A DNA stretch of 32,000 bases from Candidatus Methylomirabilis oxygeniifera (GTDB taxonomy: Bacteria > Methylomirabilota > Methylomirabilia > Methylomirabilales > Methylomirabilaceae). The position numbers and the translations under genes are program-made. Under the pieces are notes generated by a model that was given only the letters and a program-made list of their open reading frames with translations, did not search any database and had not been told where the DNA came from. Below, piece by piece: positions 1 to 8,506 of this stretch. The first letter of the stretch is position 1; each line of letters opens with the position of its first letter. Location of the stretch: assembly GCA_000091165.1 (NCBI GenBank), contig FP565575.1, positions 810,001 through 842,000 on the forward strand, in the 5' to 3' direction.

Positions 1-834
1 CTGCGTATCGCCTCCCCAGGAGCCATCCGGCAATTGCGCGAGAAGGAGTTGGCCCTTCCAGACATTGCGGGCGTTTCGGACCGTCGGATCGCCCTGCAGC
101 TCGTGGGTGGCCGCAAGGAAGAGACCTTTGGACAGGTTCTCGCAGCCTGAACAATCCGGATCGACAACATCCCAGTCGGTGGCACGCGCAATGACCTGGA
201 GCGCTTCGGCCAATGCATAGTCGCGTTGATGCACATCCATCGCAGCGCGTATATCCAGTGATGCATCCCACGCGCCGAGGTTATTTAAACCCTGGGCAAT
301 GCGGCCGTCGATGCGGTTGTCGGCACGTACGGCGCCGGTCGGGAAGTCAGCCATCACGCAAGCGAACCACGCCTTAGCGACCTTGCGATAGTTCTTTTTG
401 CCTGCGGGGCCGACGATGCTCCCCACCTTTCCGAGATGGGAGATGTCCGTCAGGAACGACGTGTCCACCGTGTACGGCCGATCCGTGCCTGTCGCCGGGT
501 TTGCGTCGCAAGCAGGTGCGGCCGCGTGCTTCGCGATGAGCGCGTCTGCTGCGCGCGCTGCCGCAGCCAGGTGATCGCCGTCGTGCGTGACACGGTAGGC
601 ATCAACGAGACCGAGCGCGGTCACGCCGAAAAGGTTAGGGCAGGAGCCGCCGCAAAGGGAAAGGCCGACGACCCACTCCCATCCTCCGTCTGGATTTTGG
701 ATATCGACGAGGCGGTCGGCGCCGGCGTCGATTGCGGCCCGGATCGGATGAGGCGGATCTGCCACGGCGGGCGTGACCGGCGCGGCGACGAATAGCGAGA
801 CCACCAGCACATAAAGCAGTGTAGATTTCTTCAT
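1..834 (-). CDS. secreted protein with squalene-cyclase/prenyltransferase-type repeats; 3' end runs off the window
   Basis: Absent from the supplied ORF track because it has no stop inside the window. I checked all 278 reverse-strand codons from ATG (832-834) to position 1 and found no stop. GAGGAGG lies 6 nt upstream of the ATG. N-terminus MKKSTLLYVLVVSLFVAAPVTPAVA looks like a signal peptide. Two QxxDGxW motifs (DIQNPDGGWEW, AQLPDGSWGG) are typical of SHC/prenyltransferase alpha-alpha toroid repeats. Confidence 0.75.
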   Translation of the reverse strand, partial: MKKSTLLYVLVVSLFVAAPVTPAVADPPHPIRAAIDAGADRLVDIQNPDGGWEWVVGLSLCGGSCPNLFGVTALGLVDAYRVTHDGDHLAAAARAADALIAKHAAAPACDANPATGTDRPYTVDTSFLTDISHLGKVGSIVGPAGKKNYRKVAKAWFACVMADFPTGAVRADNRIDGRIAQGLNNLGAWDASLDIRAAMDVHQRDYALAEALQVIARATDWDVVDPDCSGCENLSKGLFLAATHELQGDPTVRNARNVWKGQLLLAQLPDGSWGGDTQ

Positions 835-1590
835 AAGATTCCTCCTCAAACTCGTAAAAGGTGATAAGGACAGAAAGCTACTTCTTCCGAGCGGTAAGGG
901 TTAAATCTTTTTTGACCCTCGACTTCGTTGTGTCATCTCATGGGCCATGATTTCCTTTCCGGCCGCGAAAGCGGGCCATCATTCGTTGAGAGTTGACGAA
1001 GCGGCTCCCGTGGGATGAAGGAGTTTTCGTAAAGAAATCCCCATAAGTGGCTCCAGTGCTCCATCATCGAGCCGAAAGTAGCGAATAATCGCGCTTTCGG
1101 CTCCGTATTATCGATATACGCCATTATGGCAACGGTCGCGGCAGTGTACAGTAGACTTATGCTTCGGTCAATACGCCAAATGGCGTATACATGAAGAAAT
1201 AAAAGCTACAATGCGATAAAACTAAGCCGGGCGTAATTATTCGATCATCTAAGGGTATATGGACAGCATATCGAACAACTATTTGTTCTTCTTGAACTTG
1301 CCGAAGGCGGATGCGCTCGCGGTTCGACGGGCTCATCATGAGCCGAATGGAGGCATCTACAGCCCGCATTAGCGATCAGTTATCAGAACCCAACCCCAGG
1401 TTGGGATGAAGTCAGTGCTTTACGGCCTACGGCACGAAGCCTTTGAGTGGGGGCAGAGCTGTCTCACGGAGGTGAACGCCCTTGTGATTACCGGGTTAGG
1501 TTGGCGAAAGGTCAATAAGAAGTCGTACCTGAACGTCTCATGCGACAGCAGGCGACCGGAGAGTACCTAGTAGCTTCATGGCAACACCTT

Positions 1591-1755
1591 ATGCGCTGTC
1601 GGCGCACCCATGAGCATAATAAGTCTTTACGAGGCACTGCAACTCAGTGAGGCATCATTGCAAGCGACCAACGGCAGCGCGGCAATCTCACCGTTGTTGT
1701 CCTGAACTACTGTGAAATTGCTTCGGCTTCGCCTCGCAATGACGTGGACGGGGTT
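1591..1755 (+). repeat. repeat family R2, copy 1 (about 170 bp, long imperfect palindrome ending ...CCTCGCAATGAC)
   Basis: Aligns by eye with 2271-2455. Shared blocks: CGGCGC(A)CCCATG(A/C)GCATAA(T/A)AAGTCT, GCGACCAACGG(C/G)AGCGCGGCAATCTCACCGTTGTT, TGTGA(A/G)ATTGCTTCGG and CCTCGCAATGAC. Left arm GTCATTGCAAGCG is the inverted complement of right arm CCTCGCAATGAC. Confidence 0.75.
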
Positions 1756-1784
1756 TTCCGGCAAAACATCGTCGATAGATATCA

Positions 1785-1813
1785 TTGACAGCGAGGGAAT
1801 GCCATCATATCAT
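1785..1813 (+). promoter_or_regulatory. sigma70-type promoter, TTGACA-17 nt-TATCAT
   Basis: TTGACA at 1785-1790, a 17-nt spacer, then TATCAT at 1808-1813. It lies in an AT-richer stretch and points toward the small ORF and the cus operon. Confidence 0.45.
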
Positions 1814-1908
1814 TGCATTGTTAGCGTCAGTGAATATTCGTATAACTCTTGCTTTCGTTATTAGTAAGACTCAAGATCGCGAGAGAGAGGAAGGCCACCG
1901 TGAGGGCG

Positions 1909-2169
1909 ATGGACGATCAAAAGACCACTATTAAGATCGTTCTGATAGTATGTCTCGCTGTCGCCTTATGCCTGATGCCCTGCGGCGTAGCCGGACAACA
2001 CCACGCATCGATGGGTACCCCCTCTATTTTCTGCGCCGTTGACCTCCCCCAACTCTTCCAACTTGTAATCGTGATGAATCTGCTTCTCTTTGCCCTCGTA
2101 ACGCCGATCATTGTTCCTCAGCCCCCCGCCTTCTCCCTCCTTAAACCCCCTCGTTTCGCCTTTTCCTAA
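1909..2169 (+). CDS. small hydrophobic protein (hypothetical), possible first cistron ahead of the cus operon
   Basis: ATG at 1909 (GTG at 1900 also possible) follows GAGGAAGG. Product MDDQKTTIKIVLIVCLAVALCLMPCGVAGQHH... has two hydrophobic segments and sits downstream of the 1785 promoter. No family recognised; the TTG start of the track ORF (1849) is less likely. Confidence 0.35.
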   Translation: MDDQKTTIKIVLIVCLAVALCLMPCGVAGQHHASMGTPSIFCAVDLPQLFQLVIVMNLLLFALVTPIIVPQPPAFSLLKPPRFAFS

Positions 2170-2206
2170 CTAACGGTACGACATACTCTATACTCTTAGA
2201 CCGTTT

Positions 2207-2268
2207 GTCATTCCGGGATTGATCCGGAATCCAGGGCCTTGCTGGATTCCCGCTTTTGCGGGAATACC
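2207..2268 (+). repeat. repeat family R3, copy 1 (triple hairpin)
   Basis: Three consecutive hairpins: ATTCCGG/CCGGAAT, TCCAG/CTGGA and ATTCCCGC/GCGGGAAT. The reverse complement aligns with 17101-17160. Confidence 0.75.
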
Positions 2269-2270
2269 GC

Positions 2271-2455
2271 ATGCGCCGGTGCGGCGCCCATGCGCATAAA
2301 AGTCTACGGTATGAGACCATCACTCCCTTGGCTCGTCATTACGAGCGACCAACGGGAGCGCGGCAATCTCACCGTTGTTCCCGGCGACTACGTGCCTCAA
2401 CGACTGTGAGATTGCTTCGGTCGCTTCGCTCCCTCGCAATGACCCGCGAGGGGGA
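2271..2455 (+). repeat. repeat family R2, copy 2
   Basis: Direct repeat of 1591-1755 (see that entry). It ends 20 bp before the cusC start. It produces the spurious N-terminal extension ...RLLRSLRSLAMT of track ORF 2256-3755. Confidence 0.75.
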
Positions 2456-2474
2456 CTTTAATGGAGAGACAGAG

Positions 2475-3755
2475 ATGATCAGAACGTTGAGAATCGGTTT
2501 TCTCATCCTTGGTGCGAGTATTGCGAATGTTGGAGCGGGAGGAGTAGCCACCGCCGAGGAGATGCTCCGCCTTCAGCCACTCGTCCAGGAGGCTCTTGCT
2601 GCGAATCCGGAGATCAGAGCGGAGGAGGGAAAATGGGATGCGGCCAGAGAACGGCCTCCCCAGGAAGGGTCGCTCGATGATCCGATGCTGAACTTTGAGA
2701 TCGAAAACCTCCCCACCCGGTCCTTCGGCTTCACGCAGGATGATATGACGATGAAGAAGCTCGGCATCTCTCAGACGTTTCCGTACTTTGGGAAGCTGAG
2801 TCTGCGGAGCGAGGTGGCTCAACGGGAGGCCAATGCTATTGGTCTGGCGTATCGGGATAAACGAAACGAGATCGTGCGGCGGGTCAAAGAGATATTCTAC
2901 GAACTGTACGCCATCGAACGTTCGCTGGAGATCGTGGAAGAGAATCGTGAGCTGCTGAAACAATTTGTGAAGATCGCTGAGACGAAATACAGCGTCGGCA
3001 AGGGGGTTCAGCAGGATGTCCTGAAGGCCCAGGTGGAGCTGTCGAAATTGCTGGACGAGCAGATCCGGTTGGAACAGAGCCGCCAGGCCGCAGGCGCCAA
3101 GCTGAATGCGATCCTGAATCGTCCCTCCCACACGCCCCTCGGTCGAACCGAGGACGTGTCTATGGCCGAGGAGACACTGACGGAGCTCGCGAAGCTCCAG
3201 GCCAAGGCGCTGGAGAACCGGCCTCTGCTCAAGGGGCTCCAGGAGGAGATCGAGCGGAGCAAAGCCGCCAATGCGCTTGCCAGAAAGCGCTATTTTCCGG
3301 ATCTCACCATGAGCCTAGGCTATGCCTTTCGGGAAGACTCCGCCATCGTCAGGCGATCCGACTTCTTTTCGGCTGGGGTATCCGTCAATATCCCCATCTA
3401 TTTCAGGACCAAGCAGGACCGGCAGGTTGCAGAGACCTCCGCCTTGATCAATTCGGCCAGAGAGCAGTATCAGGCCGCCAGGAACGAGGTGGCCTCGATG
3501 GTGAAGGAGCTGGTGACCGATATCGAGAAGGGACGCAAGCTGATTGATCTGCTGGAAACCGGCCTGATTCCACAAGCCCGACTCTCACTGGATTCTGCTG
3601 TTTCCGGCTATCAGGTGGGTAAGGTCGATTTTCTCACGCTGTTGGATAACCGGGTAACGCTCTTCAATTTCAAAAAAGAGTACTATCGGACGATGGGAGA
3701 GTACCAGATGAGCCTGGCACGGTTGGAGTGGGTCGTCGGCGCGCCTGTCCACTGA
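2475..3755 (+). CDS. cusC: TolC-family outer membrane efflux protein (CusC/CzcC-like)
   Basis: ATG at 2475 follows GGAGAG. N-terminus MIRTLRIGFLILGASIANVGAGGVATA is signal-like. Typical OMF repeats are present (LQPLVQEALAANPEI..., LKAQVELSKLLDEQIRLEQSR..., YFPDLTMSLGY). It is the first gene of a C-B-A efflux operon. Confidence 0.9.
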   Translation: MIRTLRIGFLILGASIANVGAGGVATAEEMLRLQPLVQEALAANPEIRAEEGKWDAARERPPQEGSLDDPMLNFEIENLPTRSFGFTQDDMTMKKLGISQTFPYFGKLSLRSEVAQREANAIGLAYRDKRNEIVRRVKEIFYELYAIERSLEIVEENRELLKQFVKIAETKYSVGKGVQQDVLKAQVELSKLLDEQIRLEQSRQAAGAKLNAILNRPSHTPLGRTEDVSMAEETLTELAKLQAKALENRPLLKGLQEEIERSKAANALARKRYFPDLTMSLGYAFREDSAIVRRSDFFSAGVSVNIPIYFRTKQDRQVAETSALINSAREQYQAARNEVASMVKELVTDIEKGRKLIDLLETGLIPQARLSLDSAVSGYQVGKVDFLTLLDNRVTLFNFKKEYYRTMGEYQMSLARLEWVVGAPVH

Positions 3756-3801
3756 GAATGCGAGCCGTGAGGCACGAAGTCAGAAGTTACAGGAGACATT
3801 A

Positions 3802-5079
3802 ATGCAAAGGACGAGGTGGATTATTGCCTGGAGTGTCATGATCGTCGCCGTCGGAGCGATCTTCATTGTCTGGTATGGCGGCGGGACGCGACTCCAGGAA
3901 CGGCTCAGCGACAGGCCGCCGTCTCCTCGGGAGCCGATCGCCCAGGCCGTAGGCAAGGAGGATCATGCCGGACATGAAGCGGCATCGACCTCTGCTGTGC
4001 AGGGCGGTCAGCCGGGAGCGTCCGAGATGAAGATGGCTCCCGGTGCCGTGATGGTCAGCTCGGAGCGACAGCAGTTGATCGGGCTGAAAACCGGCTTGGT
4101 CGAATACCGGTCGATTGAGCGAACGATTCGGACAGTCGGGGTGGTGGAGTTCGACGAACGACGCCTCGCCGACGTCAATATCAAAATCGAGGGGTGGATC
4201 GATAGCCTGCTGGTGAACTTTACCGGGGAGCGTGTCAAGAAGGGCCAGCCGCTCCTCACTATTTACAGCCCGGATCTGGTCTCGACCCAGGAGGAGTACC
4301 TGCAGGCGTTGCGAGCGAGGCAGACGCTCAGCAACAGCCGCTTCGCGGATATCGTGTCCGGGGCGGAGACGCTGGTGCATGCCTCGAAGCGACGTCTGCA
4401 GTACTGGGACATCAGCGATGAGGAGATCGCCGATCTTGAGCGAACAGGGACGCCACGCAAGAGCGTGACGATTGACTCGCCCATCACTGGGGTCGTGATC
4501 GAAAAGATGGCGGTTCGCGGTAAGAAGGTGATGCCAGGCGAGAGTCTGTACAAGGTGGCCGATCTTTCCACCGTCTGGGTCCAGGGGGAGATCTACGAAT
4601 ATGAGGTCCCCTTGGTCAAGCTCGGCCAGGCGGCGAATGTTACGCTGGCCTCGTACCCCGGAGAGGTCTTCCATGGTAAGGTCAGCTACATCTACCCGGT
4701 CCTGACAGAGAAAACCCGCACGGTAAAGGTCCGTTTCGAGCTTCCCAACACGAAAGACTGGAAGCTGAAACCCCAGATGTACGCCAACATAGAACTGAAG
4801 ATCCCCTTTGGCAAGCGTCTCGTTGTGCCCGATGAGGCAATCCTTGACAGCGGCACCCAGCAACTGGTTTTTATCGACAAGGGGCAGGGGACGTTCGAGC
4901 CGAGGGACGTGAAGGTGGGCGCGCGCGTGGAGGGCTACGTTGAGATCCTGAGCGGTCTGTCGGCCGGCGAGCGCGTCGTGACCTCCGCGAACTTCCTGAT
5001 AGATTCCGAAAGCCAGCTCAAAACCGCCGTCGGCGGCAAAGGCAGCATGCCCGGCATGGAGATGGCCCCGAAGAAGTGA
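3802..5079 (+). CDS. cusB: RND efflux periplasmic adaptor (CusB-like membrane fusion protein)
   Basis: AGGAG lies 7 nt upstream. N-terminal TM anchor, and Met-containing N-terminal (SEMKMAPGAVMV) and C-terminal (GSMPGMEMAPKK) segments. HlyD/CusB-type barrel-sandwich motifs are present (VEGWIDSLLVNFTGERVKKGQPLLTIYSPDL, ITGVVIEK). Confidence 0.9.
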   Translation: MQRTRWIIAWSVMIVAVGAIFIVWYGGGTRLQERLSDRPPSPREPIAQAVGKEDHAGHEAASTSAVQGGQPGASEMKMAPGAVMVSSERQQLIGLKTGLVEYRSIERTIRTVGVVEFDERRLADVNIKIEGWIDSLLVNFTGERVKKGQPLLTIYSPDLVSTQEEYLQALRARQTLSNSRFADIVSGAETLVHASKRRLQYWDISDEEIADLERTGTPRKSVTIDSPITGVVIEKMAVRGKKVMPGESLYKVADLSTVWVQGEIYEYEVPLVKLGQAANVTLASYPGEVFHGKVSYIYPVLTEKTRTVKVRFELPNTKDWKLKPQMYANIELKIPFGKRLVVPDEAILDSGTQQLVFIDKGQGTFEPRDVKVGARVEGYVEILSGLSAGERVVTSANFLIDSESQLKTAVGGKGSMPGMEMAPKK

Positions 5080-5083
5080 GGTG

Positions 5084-5208
5084 CGAAAACCCCCTTAATC
5101 CCCCTTTACGAAAGGGGGAGGCAGGGAAACGTACAAGAATCCCCCCCCTTTACGAAAGGGGGGTTGGGGGGGTTTGTCGGAAACTGACGGCTGACTGCTG
5201 AACGCTGT
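5084..5208 (+). repeat. repeat family R1, copy A (about 125 bp, two CCCCCTTTACGAAAGGGGG-type hairpins plus CTGA-rich tail)
   Basis: Hairpins at 5100-5118 and 5143-5163. Aligns in the same orientation with 27078-27208. Sits inside the operon between cusB and cusA. Confidence 0.8.
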
Positions 5209-5222
5209 TCCGAGGAAATCAG

Positions 5223-8200
5223 ATGATCTCGCGATTGATCGAGTGGAGTGCTACCAACCGATTCATCATCGGCCTCTTTACCCTCGTCGCTGTCGCTTGG
5301 GGGATCTGGGCACTGCGACATACGCCCTTGGATGCCATCCCCGACCTGTCCGATGTCCAGGTCATCGTTCAAACAGAGTGGGCAGAGCGAAGCCCGACAC
5401 TGGTGGAGGACCAGGTCACCTACCCCATCGTGACCTCTCTGCTTTCGGCTCCAAAGGTCAAGGCGGTCAGGGGCTTCTCCTTCTTCGGCGCATCCTTCGT
5501 CTATATCATCTTCGAGGATGGTACCAACCTCTACTGGGCCAGGAGCCGCGTACTCGAGTATATGCAAGGGGTCAAAGACAGACTTCCCCAGGGCGCTACC
5601 CCAGTCCTGGGGCCGGATGCGACCGGCGTAGGCTGGGGGTTCGAGTATGCGATCGTGGACGAGACCGGCCGGCACGATCTGGCCCAGCTTCGGACGCTGA
5701 ACGACTGGTACGTTCACCACTGGCTTCTCGCGGTGCCTGGCGTGGCTGAAGTGGCACGGGTGGGCGGCTTCGTCAAGCAGTATCAGGTCTCCATCGATCC
5801 CGCCACTCTTCTCGGGTTCAAACTTCCCATGGACCGTGTCGTCGAGGCGATCCGGAAGGGGAACAACGATACCGGAGGCCGGGTGGTGGAGTTCAGCGGA
5901 CGGGAGTACATGGTCCGCGGCCTTGGCTATATCAAGTCCATCAAGGACATCGAGGCGATTGTTGTCGGCACTGACGAACGCGGCACTCCGGTTCTCGTCC
6001 GGGACATCGGCCGGGTGGGTCTCGGGCCTGACATCCGCCGAGGCACCGCCGAGCTCAATGGTCAGGGTGACGTAGCCGGCGGGATTGTGGTAATCCGGTA
6101 TGGCGAAAATGCCCTGGATGTCATCCAGCGGATTAAGGAAAAGATCAAGACGATCACTCCGTCGCTGCCGGAGGGCGTCAAGATCGTCACCACCTATGAT
6201 CGATCCGACCTGATCTACCGCTCCATCGCCACGCTCAAGGAGAAGCTGATCGAGGAGAGCCTGATCGTCAGTCTCGTGATCATCCTATTCCTCTTTCATT
6301 TTCGAAGCGCGCTGGTGGTGATCCTGACCCTGCCGGTCGCCATCCTGATGTCGTTTATTGCCATGTACTACATCGGCGTCGGCTCGAACATCATGTCTTT
6401 AGGCGGGATCGCCATTGCGATTGGCGCCATGATCGACGCTGCCATCATCATGGTAGAGAACGCCCATACGCGGCTGGAGGAGTGGGAGAAGGAGGGGCGT
6501 CCGATCGACCGGACCCGCCTCCTGATTGAAGCGGCCCAACAGGTGGGGCGTCCGCTCTTTTTCTCATTGCTGATCATTACGGTCTCCTTCCTTCCGGTCT
6601 TCACGCTGGAGGCACAGGAGGGCCGCCTCTTCCGTCCGCTGGCCTTTACGAAGACCTTTTCCATGTTCTTTGCGGCCTTTCTCGCCGTTACGCTTGGGCC
6701 GCTGCTTATGGTCCTCCTGATGCGGGGGAAGATCCAGCCGGAGGAGAAGAACCCGATCAACCGCTTCCTGATCTGGGCGTATCAGCCTATCGTCCACCTC
6801 GCGCTCAGGTGGAAAAAGGTCGTGCTCGGCATGGCCCTCCTCGCCATAGCCGTCACTGTCCCGGTCTTCTTGAAGCTCGGCTCGGAGTTCATGCCGCCGC
6901 TATATGAAGGGACGCTTCTCTACATGCCGACGGCCCTACCGGGCGCCTCGATTGCCCAAGTCTCCCAGCTCCTCCAGATTCAGGACCGGATCATCAGACA
7001 TTTCCCGGAGGTTGAGTCGGTTTTCGCCAAAGGGGGGCGCTCCACAAGCGCCACCGACCCGGCGCCTCTGGAGATGATCGAGACGGTTATCAACCTGAAA
7101 CCGGAGGAGCAGTGGCGGAAGGGGATGACGGTCGAGACGCTGGTCGACGAGCTGGACACCGCGCTCCAGATTCCAGGTGTGAGCAACGCCTGGACCATGC
7201 CGATCAAGGCCAGGACCGACATGCTCAGCACGGGGATCCGAACCCCGGTCGGGATCAAGGTCCTCGGGCCGAAGCTTGAAACGATTCAGAGCATTGGCCA
7301 GGAGATCGAGACGGCGCTCAAGCATGTCCGAGGCACCCGGAATGTCTTTGCCGAGCGCGTGGTGGGCGGTTTTTATCTGGACTTCGACATCAAACGAGAC
7401 GAAATCGCGCGATACGGTCTTACTGTCGCCGACGTGGAGGACGTGATCGAGACTGCCGTCGGCGGCAGGATGGTGACGACAACGATCGAAGGGCGAGAGC
7501 GGTTCCCGGTCAATGTTCGCTATTACCGAGGGCTCCGTGACAGTCTGGATAATCTGAGGCGCGTATTGGTTTCGACCCCTATGGGTGCCCAGGTCCCGAT
7601 TACACAGCTCGCCGATCTGAAGCTCTCGAGCGGCACCACCCTGATCCGGAGCGAGGCCGCCGAGCTCGTCGGCTACGTCTATGTCGATGTCGCGGACCGG
7701 GACATCGGCAGCTATGTTGCCAATGCTCAACAGGTGGTGACTGAGCAGGTAAAACTTCCCCAGGGATATCATCTCATCTGGAGCGGACAGTTCGAGTATA
7801 TGCAGCGGGCTAAGGAGCGGCTGAAAATCGTTATCCCGCTTACGCTGCTGATTGTGTTCGTGCTGCTCTATTTCAACACGGCGAGCGTCACGAAGGTCTG
7901 CATTGTGCTACTCGCCGTCCCGTTTTCCCTCATTGGCGCCTTTTGGCTCATCTATCTCTTGGGATATAATCTGAGCGTGGCGGTCTGGGTCGGGATCATC
8001 GCCCTGGCCGGTGTCGATGCTGAGACCGGCGTCATCATGCTCCTGTACCTGGATCATGCCTACGAGAAACGGCTGGGTGCGGGGCGGATGGACACCATGA
8101 CAGATCTCCATGAGGCGATCAGCGAGGGGGCCGTGAAGCGAATTCGCCCGAAGATGATGACCGTCATGGCGATCCTGATGGGGTTGCTCCCGATCATGTG

Positions 8201-8375
8201 GAGCCACGGCGCCGGCGCGGACGTCATGAAACGGATCGCCGCGCCCATGATCGGTGGCGTTGTCACGTCGTTCATCCTTGAGCTGATCGTGTACCCCGTT
8301 ATCTTCGAGGTCTGGCGCAGCCGCCAGCTCGCGCGAGCTGCTGTAGTACAGACTCCTCACGAAAGAGAACGTTAA
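5223..8375 (+). CDS. cusA: CusA/CzcA-family heavy-metal RND inner membrane transporter, Cu(I)/Ag(I) type
   Basis: 1050 aa. Aligns from memory with E. coli CusA, including the positions of the three-Met cluster (LLYMPTALPG, APLEMIETVI, RTDMLSTGIRTPVGIKV). GAGGA lies 7 nt upstream of the ATG. Confidence 0.93.
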   Translation: MISRLIEWSATNRFIIGLFTLVAVAWGIWALRHTPLDAIPDLSDVQVIVQTEWAERSPTLVEDQVTYPIVTSLLSAPKVKAVRGFSFFGASFVYIIFEDGTNLYWARSRVLEYMQGVKDRLPQGATPVLGPDATGVGWGFEYAIVDETGRHDLAQLRTLNDWYVHHWLLAVPGVAEVARVGGFVKQYQVSIDPATLLGFKLPMDRVVEAIRKGNNDTGGRVVEFSGREYMVRGLGYIKSIKDIEAIVVGTDERGTPVLVRDIGRVGLGPDIRRGTAELNGQGDVAGGIVVIRYGENALDVIQRIKEKIKTITPSLPEGVKIVTTYDRSDLIYRSIATLKEKLIEESLIVSLVIILFLFHFRSALVVILTLPVAILMSFIAMYYIGVGSNIMSLGGIAIAIGAMIDAAIIMVENAHTRLEEWEKEGRPIDRTRLLIEAAQQVGRPLFFSLLIITVSFLPVFTLEAQEGRLFRPLAFTKTFSMFFAAFLAVTLGPLLMVLLMRGKIQPEEKNPINRFLIWAYQPIVHLALRWKKVVLGMALLAIAVTVPVFLKLGSEFMPPLYEGTLLYMPTALPGASIAQVSQLLQIQDRIIRHFPEVESVFAKGGRSTSATDPAPLEMIETVINLKPEEQWRKGMTVETLVDELDTALQIPGVSNAWTMPIKARTDMLSTGIRTPVGIKVLGPKLETIQSIGQEIETALKHVRGTRNVFAERVVGGFYLDFDIKRDEIARYGLTVADVEDVIETAVGGRMVTTTIEGRERFPVNVRYYRGLRDSLDNLRRVLVSTPMGAQVPITQLADLKLSSGTTLIRSEAAELVGYVYVDVADRDIGSYVANAQQVVTEQVKLPQGYHLIWSGQFEYMQRAKERLKIVIPLTLLIVFVLLYFNTASVTKVCIVLLAVPFSLIGAFWLIYLLGYNLSVAVWVGIIALAGVDAETGVIMLLYLDHAYEKRLGAGRMDTMTDLHEAISEGAVKRIRPKMMTVMAILMGLLPIMWSHGAGADVMKRIAAPMIGGVVTSFILELIVYPVIFEVWRSRQLARAAVVQTPHERER

Positions 8376-8398
8376 GCTGATCATTGTCTTCCCGTTCC

Positions 8399-8506
8399 GA
8401 TCACCACCTGCCGATTTTGTGGAACTTTTCACTTCCTGTCACGATTTAGCTGCTGAAAGGAGGTGAGATGACATGCCAAGAGCAGAGTTCTATTCCGATC
8501 TCCTCG
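8399..8506 (+). repeat. segmental duplicate of 10229-10335 (leader, SD and first 11 codons of the 69-aa membrane protein gene)
   Basis: Near-identical by eye: ...CCTGCCGATT(T/C)T(G/T)TGGAAC(T/C)TTTCAC(T/C)TCC...CACGATTTA...AAAGGAGGTGAGAT..CATGCCA(A/G)GAGCAGAGTTCTA...GATCTCCTCG. Similarity stops at 8506/10335. A chimeric 49-codon ORF (8473-8622) follows the duplicated SD. Confidence 0.8.

Noticed and set aside
933-1369. Two minus-strand ORFs (63 aa and 70 aa) in the AT-richer spacer. Also a 57-codon plus-strand ORF at about 1406-1579, whose KSVLYG..R stretch faintly recalls IS200/RAYT transposases.
   Set aside because: No SD, no recognisable domain, and the similarity is limited to a few residues. 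They could be gene fragments but I cannot support a call.
1849-1908. TTG-initiated upstream extension of the small hydrophobic ORF (track start 1849).
   Set aside because: No SD precedes it, whereas GAGGAAGG precedes the GTG/ATG at 1900/1909. The extension is short and charged.
2256-2474. N-terminal 73-codon extension of the cusC track ORF (MREYRMRRCGAHAH...RLLRSLRSLAMTREG).
   Set aside because: It is a read-through of repeat elements R3 and R2. The signal-peptide-like start MIRTLRIGFLILG at 2475 has its own SD.
5084-5208. Checked whether the various hairpin repeats could be CRISPR arrays.
   Set aside because: Copies are single or in pairs kilobases apart, not regularly spaced with unique spacers, and no cas genes are present. 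They behave like REP/MITE-type intergenic elements.
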